Below are positions 51,949 through 63,230 of a DNA stretch of 64,000 nucleotides, one piece after another. The notes under the pieces were generated by a model. It saw nothing but the letters and a program-made list of their open reading frames with translations. It made no database searches and was not told the origin of the DNA. The stretch comes from an uncultured Actinomycetes bacterium. Lineage in GTDB: Bacteria > Actinomycetota > Thermoleophilia > UBA2241. The stretch lies in assembly GCA_963709345.1 (NCBI GenBank), contig CAVPVX010000007.1, positions 512,001 through 576,000 on the forward strand. Direction: 5' to 3'. Both the position numbers and the translations under genes were made by a program. Every line of letters begins with the position of its first letter. The stretch's first letter is position 1.

Positions 51949-52948
51949 CGCGAGCCTCCGGCGCAACGAAGCGCTCATAGGACGGCGCGTCGGCTATCTG
52001 CCCCTCGCCGATCATGATCGCCCGGGTGCGCTCGTAATCGACACGCGAGAGCACGCCCGGCTGCCAGGAGTCGTTCTCGCCGGGGTAGACGGCCCTGAGC
52101 ACATGCTCGAGCATCCAGCTCTGGTGTGCACGGTTGGTGGGCACGTGCTCCGCCTGCGCCCGGCGCATGACCATCGTCACGGCCTTCTCGGGGTGGTCCC
52201 GGCAGTACCGCCAGCCCTCGAGCGTCGCCGCGGCGAACTCGCGGCACAGGCCGGGACTCCGCCGCTGCGTCGACGCCAGCGCGTACACGCCGTCCTCGGG
52301 GAAGTCGAAGCCGGCCTCGCGCAGGCTGAATGCCGTGAGCTCGTCGGGGTCGACCCCGGCCTGCAGGATGGTGTGGTACTCGTTGTACTCCATCGCCGCG
52401 CACGCCGTGACTCCTCCGCGCAGGAACAGGTTCACGGTGTAGTACTGCGGCACGAGTTCGGGCTCGACGTCCGCCGTGCTGAAGTAGCCGAGGTAGGCGG
52501 CCTGGAAGCTCGTTCCCCAGAGGCTGACCCGCTCGCCGTCAAGCGCCTCGCGGCCCGCCACCGCTCCACGCCGGGCCACCAGCAGGAGGTTCGAGCGGTT
52601 CACGATCTGGCTCACGCACACCAGCGGCTCACCCTCCTCCGCTGCCGCCATGGCGCCGCTGAGGAATGATGTCGCGAACTCAGCGCGGCCGCTCCTGAGC
52701 TCGGCGATCGGGTCGATGCCGGGGCCGCCGGAAAGGATCTCGACGTCGAGCCCGTGGTCGCGATAGAAGCCCTGCTCCGCGGCGGCGTAGTAGCCCGCGA
52801 ACTGGGTTTGGGGCTCCCACTGCAGGACGAGCCGGACCTGCTCGGGGCGAGACGCGCCCTCGGCCGGCCCACCGCGCGTCCCCGCGGCGACGAGAGCGGC
52901 GCCGCAAAGGCAGAGCGCCGCGACGGCGGCGAGGATCCGGCGGATCAT
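51938..52948 (-). CDS. NMT1/THI5-like substrate-binding protein
   Basis: Signal peptide, LQWEPQTQFAGYYAAAEQGFY..GLDVEILSGGP, ATLEGWRY. Confidence 0.88.
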   Translation of the reverse strand: MIRRILAAVAALCLCGAALVAAGTRGGPAEGASRPEQVRLVLQWEPQTQFAGYYAAAEQGFYRDHGLDVEILSGGPGIDPIAELRSGRAEFATSFLSGAMAAAEEGEPLVCVSQIVNRSNLLLVARRGAVAGREALDGERVSLWGTSFQAAYLGYFSTADVEPELVPQYYTVNLFLRGGVTACAAMEYNEYHTILQAGVDPDELTAFSLREAGFDFPEDGVYALASTQRRSPGLCREFAAATLEGWRYCRDHPEKAVTMVMRRAQAEHVPTNRAHQSWMLEHVLRAVYPGENDSWQPGVLSRVDYERTRAIMIGEGQIADAPSYERFVAPEARGAP

Positions 52949-53382
52949 GTCCGTCTGATGACGAGCCGGAGCACGTTGCGCGAGCCGTCACGCACATAGG
53001 CGACTTCGTCCATCACGCGACGCACCAGGAAGATCCCAAGTCCGCCGACGGGGCGGTCCTCGACGCCGCCGAGCACGTCGGGCTCTTCGGCCTCGAGCGG
53101 GTCGAAGGGCACGCCCTCGTCGACCAGTTCGACGACGAAGCGCTCGTCCTCCGGCGCGACCCGGACCAGCAGTTCGCCTGGCGGCACCTCGTACGCGTAG
53201 AGGCAGATGTTGACGACGGCTTCTTCCACAGCCAGCTCGAGTTGCATCAGACGACGCGGGTGAAGGCCCCACACGGAGGCTTCACCGGCGATCAGCGCGA
53301 TGATGTCCGGGACGGCCTCGGTGCGCGCCGCGAACACCCTCTCCACTCCGGCCGGGCCCACGTCGCTCTCTCCGCCTGCCAC
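52945..53382 (-). CDS. RsbW-like serine kinase/anti-sigma ATP-binding protein
   Basis: ELAVEEAVVNI, DEGVPFDP, GGLGIFLVRRVMDEV, N.L. Confidence 0.9.
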   Translation of the reverse strand: MAGGESDVGPAGVERVFAARTEAVPDIIALIAGEASVWGLHPRRLMQLELAVEEAVVNICLYAYEVPPGELLVRVAPEDERFVVELVDEGVPFDPLEAEEPDVLGGVEDRPVGGLGIFLVRRVMDEVAYVRDGSRNVLRLVIRRT

Positions 53383-53467
53383 TCCCTCACCCCCTGGCTA
53401 CGAACCGGCCGACCGCGCATCTTGGCGGCCGGCCCGGGCACGCTCACTTCGTGCCGGACGGCGCCGG

Positions 53468-56070
<2,603 letters not shown>

Positions 56071-56074
<4 letters not shown>

Positions 56075-56505
56075 GCCTCGACCTCCCCGTTCTGGATGTC
56101 GATCTTGCGCGCGCCCGACTCGTGCGGCTTGAGGATGAGCCGCACCTCGAGCACGCCCGCCTCGTACGTCGCCGTCGTCACCTCCGGATCGACGTCGACC
56201 ATCAGGCGCACGCGGCGCTCGAAGGGGCCGTAGTCCATCTCCACCTGCTGATAGACCCTGCCTTCGCGGGTCGGGAACGAGCGTTCGCCGCGCACCACGA
56301 GCTCGCGCCGGTCGACCAGCAGTTCGATGTCTTCCATCGCCAGGCCGGCCAGCTCGAAGCGCACCACGATCTCCTGGGTGTCCTCCTCGAAGTAGGCGTC
56401 GGCCGCGGGGCGAAAGCCGCGCCCCCGGTACTGCTGTCTGGTCGCGACCACACACGAATCATTGAAGGCGCGCAGCACCTCGTTGTGCAGCTTCTCGACA
56501 TCCAC
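56071..56505 (-). CDS. Hsp20/alpha-crystallin family protein
   Basis: FRPAADAY, ELAG, VRGER, YGPFERRV, ATYEAGVL, RKIDI. Translationally coupled to lon. Confidence 0.9.
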
Positions 56506-56692
56506 GGGGTGACTCCTTGCGCCAGGCCCCGGCCGGACGGCGAAGCCGCGGGTCCGGGGCGCGTTGCGGGAACTCTGCGATGCTCCTACCCGCTCCGTGG
56601 GGGAGCGTAACGACGAGCGCGAACGGCACGCAAGCGGCGGGCGGTCTGCGCTGGCCCGTGCATCCGTCGCCCCGCGGGTTTACGATTGTCGC

Positions 56693-58606
56693 GTGCAACT
56701 GGCGTTCACCACCGTCGACGAATTCCACGGGCTGCTCGAGCAGGCCGGCGAAGCCGTCGACTACCGCGAGGTGTGGCCGCACCTCTTCCCGGTCGCCAAC
56801 TGCCCTCCCGAGCTCATGCACACGCTTGTCGACGACATCGTCAAGAGCGACGAGCGCTTCGCCTGGGAGAGCGACGTCCACGTCGGGCTCGCCGCCTGGA
56901 AGGCCCGGCGGCGCGACCTCGCCGACGTCGCCTTCACCGTCGTCGACCTCGAGACCACGGGCGCGACGCCGGGGTTCGCGAAGATCACCGAGATCGGCGC
57001 CGTGCGCGTCGAGGGCGGGCGCGAGGTCGACTCGTTCTCGACGCTCGTCGACCCCGGCATGCCCATCCCGGCGATGATCACCGGCATCACCGGCATCGAC
57101 GACGCGACGGTCGCCGGGGCGCCGCCGATCGAGGTCGCGCTACCGCGCTTCGTCGATTTCGCCGCGCACTCGGTGCTGGTCGCGCACAACGCACCGTTCG
57201 ACCTCGGCTTCCTCGACTACGAGCTCACGCGGCTCCGCCGCCAGACCTTCCCCCGGCCGGCGCTCGACACCCTGCGTCTGGCACGCAAGCTGTGCCCCCA
57301 GCAGCGCTGCTCGCTGAGCGCGCTGAGCTACCGCTTCGACACCCGGGTCAAGCCCGTGCACCGCGCCCTCCAGGACGCGCAGGCCACGGCTGAGCTGCTC
57401 CTGCTCTTTCTCTCCCGGCTGCAGGAGCAGGGCATGAACACGCTGGAGGAGGTGGCGCGCTTCTGCGAGCCGGGAGCGCGCCGCAACTACCACAAGATCG
57501 CGCTGACGGAGAACATCCCGACCACTCCGGGCGTCTACCTCATGCGCGACGAGAAGGGCGCCGCGCTGTACATCGGCAAGGCCGAGAACCTGCGGCGCCG
57601 GACGCGCGACCACTTCCTCCAGCGCCAGGCCTACCACGCGCGCCAGGCGCTGGAGCTCCTCGACCGCATCGACGTCGTCGAGACGGGGTCGGAGTTCGCC
57701 GCCCTGCTTCTCGAGGGGCGACTCATCGCGAAGCATCGGCCGCCCTGCAACTCACACGGCACCCGGGCGGGCAGCTACCACTACGTCAAGCTCAGCGCCG
57801 ACGAGTACCCGCGTCTGTACGCGACGCCCAATCTGCGCGAAGACGGCTCCTACTACGCCGGGCCGTTCCGCAAGGCGAGCCTGGCCCGGCGTTTCGTCGA
57901 GTGCGTCAACGGCGTGTACCCGCTGCGCACCTGCGCGCACCTGCCGGCGGCGAAGCGGCGCGGCGCGGCGCCGGACCACGCCTGCCCCCGCGCCGGCACC
58001 GGCGCCTGCCTGGCGCCGTGCACGCGACCGCTGAACGGCGAGTACGCGGCCGTGGTCACCGCCGTGCGCCGCGTCCTCGAAGGCGACGCCGGCGAGCTGG
58101 ACCACCGCCTCCAGGAGCGCCAGGCGACGCTGGTCAAGGCGCTGGCGTTCGAGCAGGCGGCGCGCCTGCAGAACCAACGTGAGGCGGTGGATCGGGCGCT
58201 GCGCAGCGTGCGCCGCCTGCGCGCCGCACGGCGGGACGACGTCGTCCTCGCCTACCCGGCGAAGCGCCGCGGCTGGCTCGCCCTCTGGGGAGTGCGCGGG
58301 GGGCGCATCGTCGTTGAGCACGAGGTGGGCCGCGGGGCGTTCGGCGAGGCGGCGGCGAGCAGCTTCCTCGCCGAGCTCGCCGCCGCCGACCCGCCGCGCC
58401 CGCCCCTGCCCGCCGCGGTCATCGACGAGATGCTGCTCGTACACTCCTGGGCCGCCGCCCACCGCGAGGCCGCGAACGTGCTGGACATGGGCGGCTTCGT
58501 CCGCGGCGAGGAGCCGCGCGCCGCCGCGGCGGCGCGCCTTCTCGAGCGCGTCCGCCTGTGCGCCGGCGCCGAGACCGCCGCAGCTGCCGGCACAAGCCGC
58601 CGCTAG
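56693..58606 (+). CDS. DEDD (DnaQ-like) exonuclease fused to a GIY-YIG/UvrC-like endonuclease
   Basis: VVDLETTG, VAHNAPFD, HRALQDA; PGVYLM..LYIGKAENLR, Cys cluster, FEQAARL. -10 TACGAT ends 6 nt before GTG, consistent with a leaderless transcript. Confidence 0.9.
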   Translation: MQLAFTTVDEFHGLLEQAGEAVDYREVWPHLFPVANCPPELMHTLVDDIVKSDERFAWESDVHVGLAAWKARRRDLADVAFTVVDLETTGATPGFAKITEIGAVRVEGGREVDSFSTLVDPGMPIPAMITGITGIDDATVAGAPPIEVALPRFVDFAAHSVLVAHNAPFDLGFLDYELTRLRRQTFPRPALDTLRLARKLCPQQRCSLSALSYRFDTRVKPVHRALQDAQATAELLLLFLSRLQEQGMNTLEEVARFCEPGARRNYHKIALTENIPTTPGVYLMRDEKGAALYIGKAENLRRRTRDHFLQRQAYHARQALELLDRIDVVETGSEFAALLLEGRLIAKHRPPCNSHGTRAGSYHYVKLSADEYPRLYATPNLREDGSYYAGPFRKASLARRFVECVNGVYPLRTCAHLPAAKRRGAAPDHACPRAGTGACLAPCTRPLNGEYAAVVTAVRRVLEGDAGELDHRLQERQATLVKALAFEQAARLQNQREAVDRALRSVRRLRAARRDDVVLAYPAKRRGWLALWGVRGGRIVVEHEVGRGAFGEAAASSFLAELAAADPPRPPLPAAVIDEMLLVHSWAAAHREAANVLDMGGFVRGEEPRAAAAARLLERVRLCAGAETAAAAGTSRR

Positions 58607-58669
58607 ACGCAGGCCCGCCGCCCGGCGCCTACCGTCCGGCCCGCCACTTGACCCGGGCCGAACACGCCC

Positions 58670-59590
58670 TCACTCGTCGGGCTCCCACACCGGCACGATG
58701 CGGAAGTGGAGGCCCGGCAACTCGTCGGCGAGAGCCTTCTCCATGTGACGGCTGAGCACGTGCACGTGCTCCACGCTCTTCTCCCCGTCGAAGCCCAGCT
58801 CGATCTCCACGAACCGCCGCTTGCCGCTGGAGCGTGTGTAAAGGGTGCCCACGAGGTCGTAGTCGGCGTAGTGCGCGGCGAGCACACGCGTGATCGTGAG
58901 CTGCTCCTCCTCGGCGAGCGGCAGGTCCATGAGGGCGCGGAAGTTGTGGCGCACCAGCGACACGCCCACCCACAGCATGTAGAGGGCGATCACGAGGGCC
59001 ACGGTGGGGTCGACACGGTCGCCGATGGCCGGCAGGCCGAGACCGATAAGCACCGTCGCCAGCACGAAGGCGATGATGACACCGCCGTCGGTGAGCATGC
59101 CGATGAGATAGTCGGCGCGGTACGAGACGAGCAGCGGCGAGGGATTCCGCGTGCCTCGCCTCAGGCGCGACGCGAAGACGAAGAGCACGGTGCCGGTCAG
59201 GCATGTGATCGACACGGGGATCAGGCCCAAGAGGTAGCCCACCTCGGGTGCGTGGATCAACCGCTCGACGGAGTCGAAGAGGACGTACGCACCGGACGGT
59301 ATGTAGAGCACACCGCAGAGAAAGGCGGAGAAGTTCTCGAGCTTGCCGGCGCCGTACGGGTGGGTATACGCGTTCTCGCGCAGCACCTGGCGCATGGCGT
59401 AGACGGCGAAGGCGTTGATGACCAGAGCGATCCCCGACTGGGCGGCCATGGCGATGAGCGCGGCGGAGCCGGTCAGCATGGCGCTGGTGACCATCATGAC
59501 CACGATCGGCACCTCGATGGCCAGCCCCCAGCGGAGCAGCTTGTAGAGGCTCACCGACTCCTGATCGACCAGCGCCTGCTCGTTCTTCAT
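58670..59590 (-). CDS. Cation diffusion facilitator (CDF) family transporter, atypical metal site
   Basis: HPYGAGKLE, VDP, LMD and a C-terminal dimerisation domain (TRSSGKRRFVE). Confidence 0.85.
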   Translation of the reverse strand: MKNEQALVDQESVSLYKLLRWGLAIEVPIVVMMVTSAMLTGSAALIAMAAQSGIALVINAFAVYAMRQVLRENAYTHPYGAGKLENFSAFLCGVLYIPSGAYVLFDSVERLIHAPEVGYLLGLIPVSITCLTGTVLFVFASRLRRGTRNPSPLLVSYRADYLIGMLTDGGVIIAFVLATVLIGLGLPAIGDRVDPTVALVIALYMLWVGVSLVRHNFRALMDLPLAEEEQLTITRVLAAHYADYDLVGTLYTRSSGKRRFVEIELGFDGEKSVEHVHVLSRHMEKALADELPGLHFRIVPVWEPDE

Positions 59591-59663
59591 TCTGCGGCTC
59601 CCAGGTCGCGGGTCGCGAGCCTGCGGGCGGGCGCTCCTGCGCCCTCCCGCCCTGCTCCCCGCC

Positions 59664-59744
59664 TCACTCCTCTGTCGCCCGTGTACGCCGGCCGCGCAGC
59701 AGCAACACGACCAGCGCCGGTCGGATGCGTCTCGAGTGAGCCAT
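59664..59744 (-). pseudogene. 26-aa mini-ORF, probable deletion relic of an SBP5-type gene
   Basis: MAHSRRIRPALVVLLLRGRRTRATEE* with SD GGGGAG. The tail resembles VVVLMRRGKGRAVEE* of 60733-62550. Confidence 0.45.
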
Positions 59745-59925
59745 GATCTCCCCCCGGCAGATGACGCGCGCACCGCTGCCGGTCCCCATGTCGTTGGATC
59801 GCAGCCGCGTTCCCGCACCATCGTCTCACGTGGAGCGCACCGGTCAAGGCAGCGGACCCGGCACGCGGCGGAGGGACTATCATGGGCCGCGGACCACCAC
59901 GCGCACGAAGGGAACCGGTACGCCC

Positions 59926-60699
59926 ATGCACGCCAGCATCTCGACCAGCCGCCACGACGCCGTCATCTTCGACCTCGACGGCGTCGTCACCCAGACGGCC
60001 GCCGTCCATGCGGCCGCCTGGAAGCAGCTCTTCGACACGTATCTCGCGGAGCGCGCCGCGCGGACGGGCGCCACCGGCGGCGAAGCGCCCGACCCGACGA
60101 TGCGGCCCTTCGACGCCGGGTCCGACTACGGCCTCTACGTCGACGGCAAGCCGCGCTACGACGGCGTGCGCGACTTCCTCGCCTCGCGGGGTATCGAGCT
60201 GCCGTGGGGCGACCCCGCCGACCCGCCGGAGCGCGAGACGGTGTGCGGGCTCGGCAACGGCAAGAACGCATTCTTCAACGCCGAGGTCGAGGAGCACGGC
60301 GTCAAGACCTTCCCTTCCACTGTGGAGCTAATCCACCACCTGCGCGACGCCGGCATCAAGGTCGGCCTCATGTCGTCGAGCAAGAACACCGCCATGGTGC
60401 TCGACGTGACCGGCACGACCGACCTCTTCGAGGTGCGCATCGACGGCGTCGTCGCGGCCGAGCTGGGCCTGCCCGGCAAGCCGGACCCGGCCATGTACCT
60501 CGAGACGGCGCGCCGGCTCGAGGTGGAGCCGGGGCGCGCCGTGGTCGTCGAGGACGCCCTCTCCGGCGTGGAGGCCGGACGTCGGGGCGGCTTCGCCCTC
60601 GTGATCGGCGTCGACCGGCTCGGCCAGGCGGCGGAGCTGGCCGCGCACGGCGCCGATGTCGTCGTCGACGATCTCGCCGAGGTGGGCGTCACCGCCTGA
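59926..60699 (+). CDS. Beta-phosphoglucomutase-family HAD hydrolase
   Basis: IFDLDGVVT, VDGKPRYDG, SSSKN, GKPDP, VEDALSGV. Confidence 0.9.
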   Translation: MHASISTSRHDAVIFDLDGVVTQTAAVHAAAWKQLFDTYLAERAARTGATGGEAPDPTMRPFDAGSDYGLYVDGKPRYDGVRDFLASRGIELPWGDPADPPERETVCGLGNGKNAFFNAEVEEHGVKTFPSTVELIHHLRDAGIKVGLMSSSKNTAMVLDVTGTTDLFEVRIDGVVAAELGLPGKPDPAMYLETARRLEVEPGRAVVVEDALSGVEAGRRGGFALVIGVDRLGQAAELAAHGADVVVDDLAEVGVTA

Positions 60700-60732
60700 G
60701 CGAGTGACGTCTTGAGCGCCGGTCGCTCGGAT

Positions 60733-62550
60733 CTACTCCTCGACGGCGCGGCCCTTGCCGCGACGCATGAGCACCACGACCAGCACGATCACGACCAGCA
60801 CGGCGACCACGCCGAGGATGATCCACGTGGTCGAGGACGATGCGCTGGTGCTCTCGGCGGCGACCTTCGGCTTGAGGTTCACGTAGGTGTCGATGTTGAA
60901 GGCGTTGAGGAACGAGAGGCCGCCCAGGAACGGCACCCAGCCGTCCCACCTGGCCGTGTTGGCTATCTCGAGGGTGTCGGGATACGTCATGGCGATCTGC
61001 GGGCTCTCGTCGTAGAAGATCTGCTGCAGACGGTGGATCGTGTCGAGGCGCGTCGCCTTGTCGATCTGGCTGAACTGCTCTTCGCACAGCCGGTCGTACT
61101 CGGCGTTCGACCAGCAGGGATCGTTCCACCACTCGATCTGGGCGGTGGTGAACGATGCCAGCGTGTCACCCGGGTCGGCGTAGCCGGCGTAGCTCCACAG
61201 ATAGACGTCGTAGTCGGGTGCGTAGGCGCCGGACTTGTCGTAGTTGTAGAGGGCGTCGGAGAGGGCACCGTCCTCCACCACGCTGTACTTGATGTCGAGA
61301 CCGCACTCCTTGAACCAGCCGGCGATCAGCTTGCCCTGTGACTGGCTCTCGGCCGACTGTGTGCGCGCCGCGAGACGCAGCCTGATGTTCTTGCCTTTGT
61401 ACTCGCGGATGCCGTCGCCGTCCGCGTCGACGTAGCCGGCGGCGTCGAGCAGCTGGTTGGCCTTGGCGATGTCGAAACCGTAGGCCTCCTCGGCCGTGGG
61501 CTCGTAGTGGGCGTCGAAGTCGTCCGGCCACTCGCCGGGCGGCATGATCGAGGTGGCCGGTCGCGCGTACCCGTTCCAGCCGATGGCGACGAGTCGCTCC
61601 TTGTCCACGGCCCAGTTGAGCGCTTGCCGGAACTTCACGTCCCTGAGGATAGGGTGGCCGAGGGAGCTGGGCTGGTCGTAGCAGTTGAAGCAGATGTAAT
61701 CCCACGTGTACAGGTTGCCCTTGAAGCCCTGGAAGCCCTCCAGGTTCGCGACCTGGTCGTACTGAGCCGGCGGGACGCCGTAGGCGGCGTCGATGGCGCC
61801 CATCTTGAGGTCCTGTGTCATCGTGTCGGCGTTCGTGTAGAACTCGAAGAGGATCTCGTCGACGGCCGGCGCAGCGCCCCAGTAGCTGGGATTCCTGGTC
61901 ATGCGGATGTAGCTGCCGCGCTTCCACTCGTCGATCACGAAGGGTCCCGAGCCGACGAACGGGTAGGTCACCTTCTCCTTCTCCGGCTTGGCGACCTTGG
62001 ACCAGATGTGCTCGGGGAAGCAGTAGATGTACAGCCTCTCCATGTTGGCCTTGGGCTTGCTGCACCTCACCTCGCAGGTGGTGTCGTCGATCGCCACGGC
62101 CTCTTCGATGAGCTTGGTGTACGAACTGTAGGCGGCAAGGTTGTTCTCGATGATGTAGTTGTAGCTGAAGGCCACGTCCCCGGCGGTCACGGGCTCGCCG
62201 TCGCTCCACACGGCCCCCTCGCGGATCTTGAACGTCCACGTCTTGCCGTCCGGCGAGACGCTCCAGCTCTCCGCGATACCCGGCACCGGGCTGCCGTCCT
62301 CGGCGCCGTACCCGATGACGAAGTCGTAGTTGAGGCACCACGTCTCGAAGCCGATGGTGCCGTAGCCGACGAACGGATTGAGGCTGTCGGGCTGCTCCAT
62401 CGTGCCGATCTTGAGAACGACCTTCTCGCTGCCGGACGCCGGCGAGGCGCTCTCGGCCGACGATGAAGCGCCGCCCCAGACGAGCCCTGCGGAGAGCAGG
62501 ACCGCCACCACCAGAACAATGGTCGTGAGCCCCTTGCGAGTACGCCTCAT
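60733..62550 (-). CDS. Family-5 (peptide/nickel) ABC substrate-binding protein with a C-terminal TM anchor
   Basis: PDSLNPF, IAESW..SPDGKTWTF..WSDGEPVTAGDV, VGSGPF, DADGDG, C-terminal TM plus basic tail. Confidence 0.92.
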   Translation of the reverse strand: MRRTRKGLTTIVLVVAVLLSAGLVWGGASSSAESASPASGSEKVVLKIGTMEQPDSLNPFVGYGTIGFETWCLNYDFVIGYGAEDGSPVPGIAESWSVSPDGKTWTFKIREGAVWSDGEPVTAGDVAFSYNYIIENNLAAYSSYTKLIEEAVAIDDTTCEVRCSKPKANMERLYIYCFPEHIWSKVAKPEKEKVTYPFVGSGPFVIDEWKRGSYIRMTRNPSYWGAAPAVDEILFEFYTNADTMTQDLKMGAIDAAYGVPPAQYDQVANLEGFQGFKGNLYTWDYICFNCYDQPSSLGHPILRDVKFRQALNWAVDKERLVAIGWNGYARPATSIMPPGEWPDDFDAHYEPTAEEAYGFDIAKANQLLDAAGYVDADGDGIREYKGKNIRLRLAARTQSAESQSQGKLIAGWFKECGLDIKYSVVEDGALSDALYNYDKSGAYAPDYDVYLWSYAGYADPGDTLASFTTAQIEWWNDPCWSNAEYDRLCEEQFSQIDKATRLDTIHRLQQIFYDESPQIAMTYPDTLEIANTARWDGWVPFLGGLSFLNAFNIDTYVNLKPKVAAESTSASSSTTWIILGVVAVLVVIVLVVVLMRRGKGRAVEE

Positions 62551-62793
62551 GGTGTCCCCCTTGGTTGCGCCCGACGGAGCCGAGCGAGCCTGGTTCCCCC
62601 GCGAGGTGCGAACCCATGTGCCTCCCCTCGCGCTCCCCAACCGTCTCTCAGTAGGTTACCGTCCGGGTCCGGTGCTGTCAGCAGGCGATACTTGGGCAAA
62701 CTTGGCCGCGAGCGTCTTGTGTGTGGTGCCCGGGCTCGCGTGGCTGAGACCAAGGCCGGCCACGGCGGCCGCGGCGCGTCTTTCCGTCCGACG

Positions 62794-62822
62794 TTTACAC
62801 GAACATATGTTCGTGTTACGCT
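62794..62822 (+). promoter_or_regulatory. LexA (SOS) box CGAAC-ATAT-GTTCG inside the promoter TTTACA-N17-TACGCT
   Basis: Perfect 20-bp palindrome ACACGAACATATGTTCGTGT (62797-62816) matching the Gram-positive SOS box, filling the -35/-10 spacer. Confidence 0.9.
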
Positions 62823-62866
62823 CACTACCCCCGCAGCATCGTCCACCCGCACGTCAGGAGCCCCAC

Positions 62867-63199
62867 ATGCCGAGCGGCGGAGCCACCTCCGACGACAGAC
62901 CCCGGCGCCCCACCGGCGCCGCCCGGGCCCGCGCCGGCCGCCCGGGTCCGGGCGGCGAGGCCGTACTCGTCGCCGTCACCTGGGACGAGCGGCAGCGGCG
63001 CCCGGTCGCCTTCGTCTGGCGCCGCCGCCGCTATCAGGTCGAACGCGTGCTCGAGACGTGGGTCCTCGAGACGGGCTGGTGGAAGGACGAGGGCCACGTC
63101 AGCCGCTCGTACTGGCGGGTGCGCGCCGGCGGCCGTGTCGTCGACCTGCGCTACGACCGCATCGGCAAGGCATGGGCGATCGAGAAGGTACTCAGTTGA
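62867..63199 (+). CDS. DUF6504-family protein
   Basis: PVAFVWRRRRYQV..VLETWVLETGWW..YWRVRA..DLRYD..W. SD AGGAG. Confidence 0.8.
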   Translation: MPSGGATSDDRPRRPTGAARARAGRPGPGGEAVLVAVTWDERQRRPVAFVWRRRRYQVERVLETWVLETGWWKDEGHVSRSYWRVRAGGRVVDLRYDRIGKAWAIEKVLS

Positions 63200-63230
63200 G
63201 CAGGCGCCGGCACGGCGGCGGGGGGCACGG

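Noticed and set aside
56506-56692. CIRCE/HAIR operator for hsp20-lon, or an SOS box for the nuclease
   Set aside because: No TTAGCACTC-N9-GAGTGCTAA and no CTTGAGT-N7-ACTCAAG. CGAACGGCACGCA is only a half site.
62690-62760. c-di-GMP riboswitch suggested by GGGCAAAC
   Set aside because: The downstream GNRA stem and conserved core are absent, and it lies upstream of the SOS promoter.
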